64,000 nt of DNA from an uncultured Bacteroidaceae bacterium (lineage in GTDB: Bacteria; CAIWAD01), in contig CAYFPS010000001.1 in the NCBI GenBank assembly GCA_964345075.1, positions 133,726 through 197,725 on the forward strand, given 5' to 3'. The first letter of the stretch is position 1. The number at the start of each line of letters is the position of its first letter. The translations under genes were made by a program, and so were the position numbers. Below the pieces are notes generated by a model, which had not been told where the DNA came from, made no database searches, and worked only from the letters and a program-made list of their open reading frames with translations. This document shows, piece by piece, positions 38,028 through 47,319 of this stretch.

Positions 38028-39074
38028 TCAATAACCTACAAGCACACCGTCATAACCCATGTCCACCAGCGCGTCATGCAGCATGGACCGCTTCTCGCGA
38101 TAGGGCAGAAAGGCGCTCTTGAATCCGTTGGTGATGATCTTGGCAACTTCGCGCTCGTTCAGGTGGAAAGTCGTGGCTACGCGATAGAGCTCTTCGCTCA
38201 GTGTGACATCACTGATCAGACGGTTGTCTGTGTTGACTGTAACACGCAGGCCGTAATCCAGATAGAACTTGATCGGGTGTGCGTCGATGCTTTGTGTCAC
38301 ACCGGTCTGCACATTGCTGGTCGGGCAGGCTTCAATGGGAATGCGCTGGTCATTCATGTAATTCAGCAAGTCGCCGTCTTCCTTCAGCCGCGTCGAATGG
38401 CCGATGCGGTGCGCGTTCAGGTAGTGCAGGGCCTGATGAATACTCTCCGGGCCATAGGCCTCGCCGGCATGCACGGTGCAATTGATGTTGTTGTTACGGA
38501 TCAGGTAAAAGGCCTCGCGGTGATCCTTGGCCGGGAAGTTTGCCTCGGCGCCGGCCAGGTCGAATCCGACCACACCCGAAATCTTGTAAGCCACGGCCAG
38601 CTCGGCCAGGCGCAGACTGGTGGCAGGGTTGATGTTGCGAATGCCGCAGACGATCACGCCACAGCGAATGTCATACTTCTTCTCCGCGCGGCGCAGGCCC
38701 TTCAGCACCGCATCCATCACCTGTGTTACAGACAAGCCCTGATCCGTGTGAAGAATGGGCGAGTAGCGAACTTCCAGCCAGCGCACATTTTCCTGCGCGC
38801 AGTCTTCAGCCATTTCAAATGCCGTGCGTTCCAGCGCTTCTTCGTCTTGCATCACGGAAAGCGTGTGACGAAAGACTGTCAGGTAATCGTTCAGGTTCTC
38901 AAAGTTCTGACCCAACCGCAGCAGACGGAAGAGTTCGTCTTCATCCGTTGAGGGTAGTTCGACCTTGCGCTCGGCTGCCAGTTCGATCATGGTGGAAAGG
39001 CGAAGTGAGCCGTCCAGGTGGCAATGCAGTTCGGCCTTGGGCAGGCTGTGGATGTATTCACGGGTCAGAGTCAC
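38028..39074 (-). CDS. add: Adenosine deaminase
   Basis: SLPKAELHCHLDGSLR... zinc-binding motif, and the C-terminal block SDVTLSEELYRV...TNGFKSAFL. GTG start with a GGAGG RBS at 39074. Confidence 0.85.
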   Translation of the reverse strand: MTLTREYIHSLPKAELHCHLDGSLRLSTMIELAAERKVELPSTDEDELFRLLRLGQNFENLNDYLTVFRHTLSVMQDEEALERTAFEMAEDCAQENVRWLEVRYSPILHTDQGLSVTQVMDAVLKGLRRAEKKYDIRCGVIVCGIRNINPATSLRLAELAVAYKISGVVGFDLAGAEANFPAKDHREAFYLIRNNNINCTVHAGEAYGPESIHQALHYLNAHRIGHSTRLKEDGDLLNYMNDQRIPIEACPTSNVQTGVTQSIDAHPIKFYLDYGLRVTVNTDNRLISDVTLSEELYRVATTFHLNEREVAKIITNGFKSAFLPYREKRSMLHDALVDMGYDGVLVGY

Positions 39075-39089
39075 GCTTAACCTCCTTGC

Positions 39090-39119
39090 AGAAAAGGCCG
39101 CTCCACCGGGGAGGGCCTT
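39090..39119 (-). terminator. Probable Rho-independent terminator downstream of mazF
   Basis: GC-rich imperfect hairpin AGGCCCTCC..GGAGCGGCCT followed by TTTTC on the minus strand. Confidence 0.45.
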
Positions 39120-39165
39120 TTGCGTTTGAGACTGATTGGTCAATATAGAATAGAGCGGGGCGCTT

Positions 39166-39513
39166 TCAAGAGTCAGGCGAAACGAGCATTCCAACGAGCT
39201 CCAGCACTCGCCCAAGCGCTTTTTCGCTTAGCTTGCCAATGAAGCGTGCTCGTCGCGCCCGCCAGTCGAGGCTTTTCAGTTGATCGGCCAGAATCTCACC
39301 GGAAAGATCCGCCGATTGGACGAGCTCGACTTCAAAGGGATAGCCCTTTACATGCGTTGTCAGTGGACAAAACAGGGCGAGACCTGTTCTGGCGTTGTAT
39401 GCCCTGGGTGAGACAACGAGCGCCGGGCGCCTGCCCGCCTGTTCATGCCCTGCCTGTGGATTGAACTCAAGCCAGACCAGATCGCCGCGCGCAGGTGTGT
39501 AGGGAGCGGTCAT
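39166..39513 (-). CDS. mazF: Type II toxin MazF/PemK-family endoribonuclease
   Basis: GDLVWLEFNPQAGHEQAGRRPALVVS is the PemK/MazF signature. 115 aa. ATGA overlap with the upstream antitoxin gene. Confidence 0.85.
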   Translation of the reverse strand: MTAPYTPARGDLVWLEFNPQAGHEQAGRRPALVVSPRAYNARTGLALFCPLTTHVKGYPFEVELVQSADLSGEILADQLKSLDWRARRARFIGKLSEKALGRVLELVGMLVSPDS

Positions 39514-39752
39514 TACCAGACTTCCCGGCCTGAGGGCGGGCCGCTGTCCTCTTCACCATGCAGGTTTTCATCGGTGATTGCGTCCAGTAGCTCGGCCAGC
39601 TGCCCACTTGCGGGAACGGGCCTTAATACCAGGGCTTTGTCCTCCAGGCTAAGCTCCAGCTCGGATCCATAGCCGATGGCGGCTTCCCGGGCCATTGCCT
39701 GCGGAATGCGCAGCCCAAGACTATTGCCCCATTTCATCAGGCGAACACGCAC
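39513..39752 (-). CDS. mazE: Type II antitoxin MazE (AbrB/SpoVT-type swapped-hairpin)
   Basis: MKWGNSLGLRIPQAMA is the MazE/AbrB-family N-terminus. 79 aa. Confidence 0.8.
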   Translation of the reverse strand: MRVRLMKWGNSLGLRIPQAMAREAAIGYGSELELSLEDKALVLRPVPASGQLAELLDAITDENLHGEEDSGPPSGREVW

Positions 39753-39858
39753 AAAAAACCCCGCGTATCTTCATTGTATCTACGCGGCAAAATAGACTAG
39801 GCAAGGCTGCTTGTCAAGCAAGATCGACCAGGCAGGAAATATGGGAGTAACTCCGCCC

Positions 39859-42069
39859 TCAGGCCCCCAGCCGCCCTGTGGCAATCGCCGTACTCATGCG
39901 CTCCAGAGCTTCGTAGGAGGCGCCCAGCTTGCGCTGCGGAACGGCCCGAGACTGGCCACGGTCTTCTTCGGAAATCTGCCCGTCCACCAGACGCAGCAGT
40001 TCGCCCAGCTCCGGGTGCACGCGATCGGCATATTCATAAGCCTTGAGCATGGCCAGAATGCCCGTCTTTTCTTCCTGGCTGAGCTCCAGCTGCTCCTGCC
40101 CCTCATCAATGACGGCATCCCAGCGCACGCGGGGCATGTAGCCCATGCGCCTCAGGTCCTCCACCATACGCGGCACGCGTGTAGAAGCGCTGAGCAGCAT
40201 CAGGCAGGGCTGATAGAGCGCCAGCCAGTCCTTGCGCAGGGCGGGCATCAGCGAGAGCTCCTGCATCAGGCGCTCGTCTTCGGTCTTCAGCACCATCAGC
40301 TGCGGATCCACCAGAATGTGACCGTGACGGCTGCTGACTTCTTCCAGCAGGTAGTCCACATTCTGAGGAATTTCCTGGGCGCTGTGCTCCAGGAAGAAGC
40401 CGCGGATACGTCCCAGATCCAGGCCACTGTCGAGGCCGCGGGAAAGGGACTGTGAATTGATGCGGAACTTGCCGCGCTCGTAATCGGCAAAGCGCGAGAG
40501 GAAAAGCGTGCGCTCCGGCGGCAGGCGCTTGGGCAGGTATACTTCCAGATTGGCCTGCACCAGGAGCTTCTCTTCTGACAGAAAGAGGCGACTCAAGCTG
40601 AGATCTTCTTCGTTGTCCTGCAAAAGGGCCTTGCCCCGGGCACTCAGTCGGAAGATCAGCCCACCCTCTTCGGCGCGCTGCGAAAGCTCGACCAGTCCGA
40701 ACCAGAAGAGTCCGCGCTGCAACAGATGGCCGATGAAGCGCTCGATGCCGGCACGGTGCTGATCACCCCGGTAACCGCCTTCGGAGCGGGCATAAAGGTG
40801 AGCCAGCTCTTCCTCCGTGATCCAGGCTTTGGGGCTGATATGCTTCAAGAGCCAGAGGACGCGCACGGGATCCAGCACACCGGAATCGGGATGCTCGATA
40901 CGCATGGACAGCTCTTCCTCGTCCGTCGGATCGGCACCAAAGAAGTCACGAAGCAGCTGGCGGAAACTGGCGCAGGGCTCGCGGAAGAACTCGGCCGCGC
41001 GGGCCATATTGACTGCCCAGACATCGTTCTTGATCTGCACGATTCCGTGCTGCTCGAAATAGTCAAAGAGGTAGTGGAACTGCTGATGGTCTTCCTGCGG
41101 CGGCTGGAACATGGCGCTGATGCGCTTGATCTCGGTCTTGTGAACCCCGCCCTTCTGGATTTGTGTCACACGATGACTGATCAGGTAGATCAGGATGACC
41201 TGTGCATTGTGAAAGAGCATGGACTCTTCAAAACGCACCTTCCAGCTTTCCGGCTGCAGGCGGCCGGCAAAACTGGGATAAATCTGCAGGGGCGGCGCGC
41301 TCAAGGTGAAGTTGCTGCGCACCATGTTGACGACATCCTGCACCAGCATGATGCGGGTCTCGCTGGGGAAGTACTGGTCGTGCTTCAGCAGTGTATCACC
41401 GCCGCTGGTCATGACAAAGCCGCTGTCCCGGTGCAGGTGAATCAGCTCGCGCTTGAGTTCTTCCGAGTCGAGCTTCTGGCCGAAAAAGCCCACATGCTTG
41501 CGCAGGTCACGCAGGGTGAGGCCGTCGGGGAACATGGCCAGCACCTTGATCAGAATGCGGCCGGGCAGACTGATGTGTTCTTCCACCGCGGCAGACAGCG
41601 CATCGCGATCCAGAATCATCGCCTTGAAGCTGGCCAGAAAATCCACCGGATTGCGTGACTCGGGATCAACCGGGCGGGAGCTGCGAGCGTAAAAGCCCTC
41701 CGACATGCGCTTCAGCTCGACCAGATCACGGGAACCCAGACGGGCCCGCAATCGACGCCGGTAAAAGGGCGGCAGCTGCAGCAAGCCTTCGAGATCTTCT
41801 TCAAGGGAAATAACGGGCATGGCCTTGCCGGCAGACTGCTGTCGACGATTGCGAATCAGTCCGGCCTTCTGCATGCTGGAGAGCATGTTCGTGGCGTCGG
41901 GTGCGTTTTCAAGGCCTTTCAGCACAGTGACCAGCTCGTCCCTTGGAACGGCACCCCCTTCGGCGGCCAGATAGTAAAGAACTTCCATGTGGAGATTCTG
42001 TCGTTCCTGCAGAGTAGCCAGGCGGCGCAGCGAGCGCTGAAATTCAAGGGAAAAAGGGTAGGCGGTCAT
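39859..42069 (-). CDS. Large conserved hypothetical protein (736 aa) with no recognisable catalytic motif. Possibly a helicase-associated or winged-helix-rich protein.
   Basis: Long uninterrupted ORF in host-like GC. No Walker, HKD, or metal-binding motifs found by eye. Confidence 0.5.
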   Translation of the reverse strand: MTAYPFSLEFQRSLRRLATLQERQNLHMEVLYYLAAEGGAVPRDELVTVLKGLENAPDATNMLSSMQKAGLIRNRRQQSAGKAMPVISLEEDLEGLLQLPPFYRRRLRARLGSRDLVELKRMSEGFYARSSRPVDPESRNPVDFLASFKAMILDRDALSAAVEEHISLPGRILIKVLAMFPDGLTLRDLRKHVGFFGQKLDSEELKRELIHLHRDSGFVMTSGGDTLLKHDQYFPSETRIMLVQDVVNMVRSNFTLSAPPLQIYPSFAGRLQPESWKVRFEESMLFHNAQVILIYLISHRVTQIQKGGVHKTEIKRISAMFQPPQEDHQQFHYLFDYFEQHGIVQIKNDVWAVNMARAAEFFREPCASFRQLLRDFFGADPTDEEELSMRIEHPDSGVLDPVRVLWLLKHISPKAWITEEELAHLYARSEGGYRGDQHRAGIERFIGHLLQRGLFWFGLVELSQRAEEGGLIFRLSARGKALLQDNEEDLSLSRLFLSEEKLLVQANLEVYLPKRLPPERTLFLSRFADYERGKFRINSQSLSRGLDSGLDLGRIRGFFLEHSAQEIPQNVDYLLEEVSSRHGHILVDPQLMVLKTEDERLMQELSLMPALRKDWLALYQPCLMLLSASTRVPRMVEDLRRMGYMPRVRWDAVIDEGQEQLELSQEEKTGILAMLKAYEYADRVHPELGELLRLVDGQISEEDRGQSRAVPQRKLGASYEALERMSTAIATGRLGA

Positions 42070-42120
42070 GTGGTGTGAAGGATCGCTGGGTTAAACCATA
42101 TTGGCCCGCATTCGCGGTCT

Positions 42121-43029
42121 TTGAGCCGCCAGGCTTTGGAAAGCAGGGCCTTCAACCAGCCTGAAAGAGTTGAGAGAGTAGCACATCGCCCCATGGGAGT
42201 CAAGCCGCTAACAAGCACACCCCCCAAACCTGTGTCACAAAATGCCTCCATCTTGCGCCGCTGGGGCCCGCTTTTGCTGCTTGCCCTTCTGGCCGGAGGC
42301 TGCTTTATAGGCACGATCAACCGGCTCTGGCAGACGCGCCGGCAGATGCTTCGCTATGAAGAATACATCCGTTACGAGCCATCAACAGCCGAGCGCGGGC
42401 CGGGCCTGACTTTTCTTGACCCGAAGCTGACTCGCGAAGATATTCTGAGCCTGGCGAGCGATCGTGTGCCCAGCACCATCGACAGCCTGGACGGGCGCGA
42501 GCACTGGGTCTTCACCTGGCACCGTCGCCCAATGATGCGCGGCAAGTCGATCAACCTGCACCTGCTTTTCATGGATGATCGCATGGAGATGCTCTACATT
42601 GATCGCCGTTTTGCCGAAGCCCTGGGCGAGGACCGAATTGAAATGCTCGCCAGGAATTTTGTTGGCAGAAAAACCGATCTGGACCTGTCTGGAAGGCGCA
42701 TTGTCTGCTCGGTGCCGGCCGAAGAGCTGGCCCCCTTCAGCCCCCTGATGCTTGAGGACCTTCACAAAATCTTCGGCAAGGAAAACCGGCGCCGAAGCGG
42801 TGACAACATTCCCGAAGACGAGGTCAAGCTGATTTTCCGCTACCGCTTGAAGGGCGCCAAGGGCGACAAGGCAGCCATGAGCTTCGGGGCGACCATCAAA
42901 ATGGACAGCGGCCTTCTGGGAAGAATCACCAGCCGCATTGGCTCCTTTCAATTGGAATTTGACCTTAGCCAGCAGCCCCTGGTATCAGAATCTTCGAACA
43001 GCGGCGTGATACAAGTGGGTTCTGAATGA
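42121..43029 (+). CDS. Hypothetical membrane-anchored protein. An alternative start at 42193 (MGVKPLTS) is possible.
   Basis: Single N-terminal transmembrane helix (WGPLLLLALLAGGCFIGTI). Divergent from the 736-aa gene. Confidence 0.45.
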   Translation: MSRQALESRAFNQPERVERVAHRPMGVKPLTSTPPKPVSQNASILRRWGPLLLLALLAGGCFIGTINRLWQTRRQMLRYEEYIRYEPSTAERGPGLTFLDPKLTREDILSLASDRVPSTIDSLDGREHWVFTWHRRPMMRGKSINLHLLFMDDRMEMLYIDRRFAEALGEDRIEMLARNFVGRKTDLDLSGRRIVCSVPAEELAPFSPLMLEDLHKIFGKENRRRSGDNIPEDEVKLIFRYRLKGAKGDKAAMSFGATIKMDSGLLGRITSRIGSFQLEFDLSQQPLVSESSNSGVIQVGSE

Positions 43030-43096
43030 GCTTCCACTTGCAAAGACGAGCCAATGAACGGTATTTTCAAAGCATGATGAACCGAAAGCTGCAGTC

Positions 43097-43564
43097 ATGA
43101 ATCCACGCGTGGCCGAAATCCTCATTCACATTCTGCGCCGAGTGGCGGAGATGGGAGGCGTGAGCGATTTTCCCTTTGAGGTCATGATGGAAGAACTGAT
43201 CGGGATGGGCTTCAACCCGGAGGATGTCCGGGCGGCCCTGACCTGGATCGCTGACCGCTCCGACCCCATGGGCGAAAGCCCGGTGGAAGAGGCGGCCAGC
43301 CCCGACAGCCGGCGGATTCTGCATCATGCCGAAAGCCACTACCTGACGCCCGAAGCGCGCTCCATGCTGGCCGAGCTGCAGAACGCTCACCTTCTGCAAC
43401 CCGGCGAAACCGAAGCGCTGATTGAAAGGGCCGTCTGGATGGAGCGCACCCATACCAGCATTGATGAGCTCAGGGCCTTCGCCCAGCAGATGATGCTCGG
43501 GCAGCCGCACATTGAGCCGGGGCAGGAATTCCGGATTGTTCCCGGAGCCTCCAGCCACCACTAA
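43097..43564 (+). CDS. smg: Smg protein (DUF494)
   Basis: 155 aa acidic protein. Position immediately upstream of topA matches the conserved (dprA)-smg-topA neighbourhood. The N-terminus resembles Smg (ILIHILRRVAEMGG...EEL). Confidence 0.55.
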   Translation: MNPRVAEILIHILRRVAEMGGVSDFPFEVMMEELIGMGFNPEDVRAALTWIADRSDPMGESPVEEAASPDSRRILHHAESHYLTPEARSMLAELQNAHLLQPGETEALIERAVWMERTHTSIDELRAFAQQMMLGQPHIEPGQEFRIVPGASSHH

Positions 43565-43615
43565 ACCAAGCCCGCCGGTCGCACATGCGCCGCGGATCGA
43601 TCAGAAAGTGTCCGT

Positions 43616-45928
43616 TTGATGTCTCATATCCTTGTTGTCGTCGAGTCTCCCACCAAAAGCAAAACGATCAAGCGCTACCTCGATGGCTGGCAGCAGGGCC
43701 GTTTTCAGGTAACCAGCAGCGTCGGTCATATCATCGATCTGCCGGAGAAGGAACTGGGCGTGGATCTTGAAAACAATTTCGAGCCAACCTACGTACCGGC
43801 TTCCCGCAAGGACAAGGTCATCAGCGAACTGAAAAAGCTGGCCAAGGGCGCGGAAAGTGTGCTGCTGGCAACTGACCAGGACCGCGAGGGAGAAGCGATT
43901 GCCTGGCATATCGAGCGCCTTCTGAAGGCCGGTCGCAAGGTGCCGCCTATTTCCCGCATTCGCTTCAACGAGATCACCAAACAGGCCATCATTGAGGCCA
44001 TCAGCCACCCCGAACTGATTGACACAAACCGCGTGGACGCCCAGCAGGCCAGGCGCGTGATGGATCGTCTGGTGGGCTATCAGGTCAGTCCACTCCTTTG
44101 GAAGACGGTCTCGCGCGGTCTCTCTGCCGGTCGCGTACAGAGTGTGGCCGTCCGGCTGATCTGCGAGCGCGAAGAAGAAATCAATGCCTTTGTCCCGCAG
44201 GAATACTGGACCTTTACGGGCCTCTTCCGCGATCTGGCTGCTGAAGAATTTCACGCCGACCTGCACAAGGTCTGGCCCGATGCCGCCACAGCCGTGAAGG
44301 AAGCCGGCAAGAAAACTGCCGGCGAAAAGCCTGCCGTCTCCAGTGAAGCCGAAGCCATGGCCTGGAAGCGGGATATGCTGGCCGCCGACTGGCGCGTTCA
44401 GACGATCCAGGAAAAGCAGGTTTCCCGCAAGGCGCCCGCGCCTTTCATCACCTCGACCATGCAGCAGGACGCGGCCCGCCGTCTGGGCTTCAGCCCGAAG
44501 AAGAGCATGATGCTGGCCCAGCAGCTTTACGAAGGTGTAGAACTGGCCAATGGCGAAGTCGCGGGTCTGATTACCTACATGCGTACCGACTCTACCCGTC
44601 TGGCGGACTCCGCCCTGGAAGATGCGCGCGGCTACCTGGAAAAGCGCTTCGGCAAGGATTCGATTCCCGCCAAGCCGAATGTCTTCAAGTCAAAAGGCAA
44701 GGCCCAGGACGCCCACGAGGCCATTCGCCCCACGACCACCCGCTGGTCCCCGGCCGACCTGAAGGACAGCCTGAGCCGCGACCAGCTGCGCCTGTACACC
44801 CTCATCTGGAATCGTTTTCTGGCCAGCCAGATGGTGCCCGCGCTCTATCAGCAGCGCTCGGTCGATCTGCTGGGCGATCGCTTCCTCTTCCGCTGCACGG
44901 GCAGCGTCCTTAGCCGCAAGGGCTTCCTGGAGCTCTACGAGGATGTGAAGGAAAAGAAGAAGAAAAGCGAGGAAGGCAGCTCGAAGCGGCCGGAACTGCC
45001 GGTGCCTGTCAATTTGAAGGAAGGCGAGGCCGTCACCCTGAAGGAAATGGGTGCCGATCAGCACTTCACCAAACCGCCGGCGCGCTTTTCGCAGGAAAGC
45101 CTGATCAAGGCTCTTGAAGAACTGGGCATCGGTCGTCCTTCAACCTACGCCAGCATTGTGGACATGATCCTCAAGCGCAGTTATGTGGAGCTGAAGGAAA
45201 AACGCTTTCACCCCACGGATCTGGGCCAGACGGTCAACCGCATTCTTGTGACACACTTTGCGGATATCTTCAATGTGGACTTTACGGCCCGCATGGAAGC
45301 CGAGCTGGACTCCATTGAAAGTGGTCGTGGCTGGAAGTCCGTGATGCACGATTTCTACGGGCCCTTTTCCGCGGCCTTGAAGGAGGCCGACGCCAAGCGC
45401 GGCGAGATTCGTGCCTCAACCACCGAAAAGCTGGGCGAGGCCTGCCCCGAATGCGGGGGCGAACTCATTTACAAATGGGGACGCAACGGACGCTTCATTG
45501 CCTGCAACAACTTCCCCGATTGTCGCTACACGCGCGACCCCAATGAGGGTTCGGGGGAAGAAGCCGAAGGCGAACTTTGTGATGAGTGCGGCGCGCCCAT
45601 GCTCGTCCGCAACAGCCGCTTCGGCCGTTTTCTGGGCTGCTCGCGCTACCCGGAATGCAAGGGCAAGCGCCCGATCGATCTGGGCGTAAGTTGCCCGCAG
45701 GAGGGCTGTGACGGCAAGCTGGCCGAGCGCAAGGGCCGCCGGGGCGTCTTTTATGGATGCACGCGCTACCCCAAGTGCACGTTTGCCACCTGGGACAAGC
45801 CGACCAAGACGGCCTGTCCGGCCTGTGGACATGCCTGGATGGGACTGAAACAGCGCAAACAGGGCGATGACAAACTGATCTGCCCGGTTTGCAAATATGA
45901 GCACGATCCCGCGGAAGCGGAGCTCTAA
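43616..45928 (+). CDS. topA: DNA topoisomerase I
   Basis: Toprim N-terminus (ILVVVESPTKSKTI), active-site region (YMRTDSTRL), and three C-terminal C4 zinc ribbons (CPECGGEL, CDECGAPM, CPQEGC). 770 aa. Confidence 0.95.
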   Translation: MMSHILVVVESPTKSKTIKRYLDGWQQGRFQVTSSVGHIIDLPEKELGVDLENNFEPTYVPASRKDKVISELKKLAKGAESVLLATDQDREGEAIAWHIERLLKAGRKVPPISRIRFNEITKQAIIEAISHPELIDTNRVDAQQARRVMDRLVGYQVSPLLWKTVSRGLSAGRVQSVAVRLICEREEEINAFVPQEYWTFTGLFRDLAAEEFHADLHKVWPDAATAVKEAGKKTAGEKPAVSSEAEAMAWKRDMLAADWRVQTIQEKQVSRKAPAPFITSTMQQDAARRLGFSPKKSMMLAQQLYEGVELANGEVAGLITYMRTDSTRLADSALEDARGYLEKRFGKDSIPAKPNVFKSKGKAQDAHEAIRPTTTRWSPADLKDSLSRDQLRLYTLIWNRFLASQMVPALYQQRSVDLLGDRFLFRCTGSVLSRKGFLELYEDVKEKKKKSEEGSSKRPELPVPVNLKEGEAVTLKEMGADQHFTKPPARFSQESLIKALEELGIGRPSTYASIVDMILKRSYVELKEKRFHPTDLGQTVNRILVTHFADIFNVDFTARMEAELDSIESGRGWKSVMHDFYGPFSAALKEADAKRGEIRASTTEKLGEACPECGGELIYKWGRNGRFIACNNFPDCRYTRDPNEGSGEEAEGELCDECGAPMLVRNSRFGRFLGCSRYPECKGKRPIDLGVSCPQEGCDGKLAERKGRRGVFYGCTRYPKCTFATWDKPTKTACPACGHAWMGLKQRKQGDDKLICPVCKYEHDPAEAEL

Positions 45929-46007
45929 TAGTGCGATCTTGAGTGAAGATGGTCCTTCCCTTGGCCGATGAGAGGGGAAGGCCACAGAGCCGTGAAAGGC
46001 ATCTTCC

Positions 46008-46949
46008 TTGAACGACCGCCCGCACAGCCAGACATTTGATCTGCTTGAAGCCTTTCTTGACCACCTGCGTCACGAACGACGGCTCTCCGCCGCAACCCTC
46101 CGTGCCTATGATGCCGATCTGAAAAGCTACCTGAAGGAGCTGAGTCCCGAGGCCGAAGCCTTTGACAGGTATGAAATGCACGACTATCTGGCCGGACGTC
46201 TGAAGCGGGGAATCACTCGTCGCAGCATTCAGCGGGCACAGGCCGCACTGCGTGGCTGGTGCAAGTACCTGCACGCGCGCGGGCATATCGAGAGCAATCC
46301 GGCAGCCAGACTGAGTCCGGTCAAGCAGGAAAAACCCCTGCCCACGGTTTTGAGCGAAAAGGAAATGAACGAAGCGATTGAGGCTGTGGGACAGGAAAGC
46401 CCCGCTTCCTGTCGTGATCGCCTGATTCTCGAGCTGCTTTACGACAACGGCCTGCGCCTTTCGGAACTGGCCTCGCTGAATGTCACCGACCTGCAGGGCG
46501 AAACCCTGCGTGTGATGGGCAAGGGCAGAATAGAGCGCCTCCTGCCCATGAGCCGTTCGGTGCAGCGGGTCTTCAAACGCTGGCTGCCCTTGAGGAGCTC
46601 GCTATTAAGGGAAAAGGCCATCAGCGGTGAAAAGGCCCTGCTGCTCAACCTGCGCGGTGGGCGCCTGGGACCGCGCGGCATTCAAAAGCTGGTGGAAGCC
46701 CGACTGCGTGCGGTCTGCAATCACAAGAAATTATCCCCCCATGTTTTACGTCACAGTTTCGCAACGCACCTTCTGGATCGCGGAGCGGAGCTGCGCGTGG
46801 TACAGGAGCTGCTGGGTCATGCCAGCCTGTCCACAACCCAGGTTTACACGCACATCAGCGTGACACACATGAAGGAAAGTTACCTCAGGGCCCATCCGCG
46901 GGCCGGAGCGGGACCTGTCTTACCCTTAGAGTCGGAGGATGCATCATGA
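46008..46949 (+). CDS. xerC: Tyrosine site-specific recombinase XerC/XerD
   Basis: R...HxxR...Y catalytic motifs (LRHSFATHLL, HASLSTTQVYTH). TTG start. Confidence 0.85.
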   Translation: MNDRPHSQTFDLLEAFLDHLRHERRLSAATLRAYDADLKSYLKELSPEAEAFDRYEMHDYLAGRLKRGITRRSIQRAQAALRGWCKYLHARGHIESNPAARLSPVKQEKPLPTVLSEKEMNEAIEAVGQESPASCRDRLILELLYDNGLRLSELASLNVTDLQGETLRVMGKGRIERLLPMSRSVQRVFKRWLPLRSSLLREKAISGEKALLLNLRGGRLGPRGIQKLVEARLRAVCNHKKLSPHVLRHSFATHLLDRGAELRVVQELLGHASLSTTQVYTHISVTHMKESYLRAHPRAGAGPVLPLESEDAS

Positions 46950-47239
46950 AGACGACCATCACCTCTCGCCACTTCAAAGCCAGTGAGAAGCTGACCGGTT
47001 ATGCCACCACGGAAGTTGAACGCCTGAACAAGTTCTTTCCCGGAATCGTGGACTGCGAGGTGATCCTCAGTTACGATGTGCATCAGAACAAAACGGCTGA
47101 AGCCTCGCTCAATGTGCCGGGCGACACCATTGTGGCCAGCGAGACCAGCGAAGACTTCTACAAGTCCATCGATCAGATGGTGGGCAAGCTGGAGGTTCAG
47201 ATTCGCCGCTACAAGGACAAGCTGAAGAAAAAGCACTGA
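46946..47239 (+). CDS. hpf: Ribosome hibernation promoting factor (HPF/RaiA, short form)
   Basis: MKTTITSRHFKASEKLTGYATTEVERLNKFF... Sigma-54 modulation protein fold. 97 aa. Confidence 0.85.
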   Translation: MKTTITSRHFKASEKLTGYATTEVERLNKFFPGIVDCEVILSYDVHQNKTAEASLNVPGDTIVASETSEDFYKSIDQMVGKLEVQIRRYKDKLKKKH

Positions 47240-47319
47240 GCACAGGCGCGCACAGGCGCGCCACCTCTGACGACCCTGCGGCGCCCAATTGGGCGCCGCT
47301 GCAATCAAAGGAAGCCCCT

